From assembly GCA_963847625.1 (NCBI GenBank), contig CAWKAR010000027.1, forward strand, positions 257,707-321,706: a stretch of DNA of 64,000 bases, given 5' to 3'. The position numbers were made by a program, and so were the translations under genes. Of this stretch, positions 63,620-64,000 are shown one piece after another. The notes under the pieces were generated by a model. It had not been told where the DNA came from, did no database searches, and worked only from the letters and a program-made list of their open reading frames with translations. Every line of letters begins with the position of its first letter. Position 1 is the stretch's first letter. The DNA comes from a candidate division FCPU426 bacterium. GTDB taxonomy: Bacteria > Oederibacteriota > Muellerivitia > Muellerivitales > Muellerivitaceae.

Positions 63620-64000
63620 TTACAGCCTGAAATCCTCGCCCAAATAGAGCCGCCGGACGTTCGGATCGTTGACGATCTCATCCGGCGTACCTTCGGTCAG
63701 CAATTCGCCCGAATGAATGATATAGGCACGATCGACGAGGCCCAAGGTTTCGCGCACATTATGGTCGGTGATGAGCACGCCGATGCCGCGTTCCTTCAGA
63801 TGACGGAACGGCATCCTCAATGTCGGCGACCGCGAGCGGATCGACGCCGGCAAAGGGCTCGTCGAGCAGCATGAAGGAGGGACGACCAGCGAGCGCACCG
63901 GCGATTTCGAGACGCCGCCTTTCGCCGCCCGAAAGCGCAATCGACATCGATTTCCTGAGCCGCGTAATATTGAATTCCTCGAGCAGCGCTTCCAGCTCTT
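63620..64000 (-). pseudogene. lptB: LPS export ATPase fragment (foreign, frameshifted)
   Basis: [38 protein letters not shown] split over two frames. Confidence 0.85.

Overview
Bacterial (diderm) chromosomal window in two parts. The accessory part (1 to ~35 kb) holds: IS30 and IS1380 insertions; tRNA-3'-end-like structured repeats; a radical-SAM pair; high-GC carbohydrate genes (acetylesterase, GH43, GH29, GH12, xylF-like); an AbrB-PIN toxin-antitoxin pair; secreted or lipoproteins with Thr/Pro stalks, several ending in a FlgD-Ig/T9SS-CTD-like domain; and a large autotransporter frameshifted at a G8 tract. The core part (~35-63.5 kb) holds: an O-antigen-ligase-like and a DUF2723-like membrane transferase, a NUDIX-GNAT fusion, an intact IS30, GH92, rpsB-tsf-pyrH-frr-uppS-cdsA, a degenerate galK, mtaB, a HIT protein, rpsU, yqeY, mpg, a decaying GH2, mutS2 and a truncated dnaG. 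The last ~440 bp are a foreign alphaproteobacterial-like lptB fragment, probably an assembly chimera. The most striking unexplained feature is a 1.25-kb non-coding mosaic (20.8-22.04 kb) of five different short motifs. It has about 59 copies, all spaced at about 10.5/21 bp (helical phase), and lies next to tRNA-Asn-like att repeats. All assignments come from motif reading only; no database searches were run.
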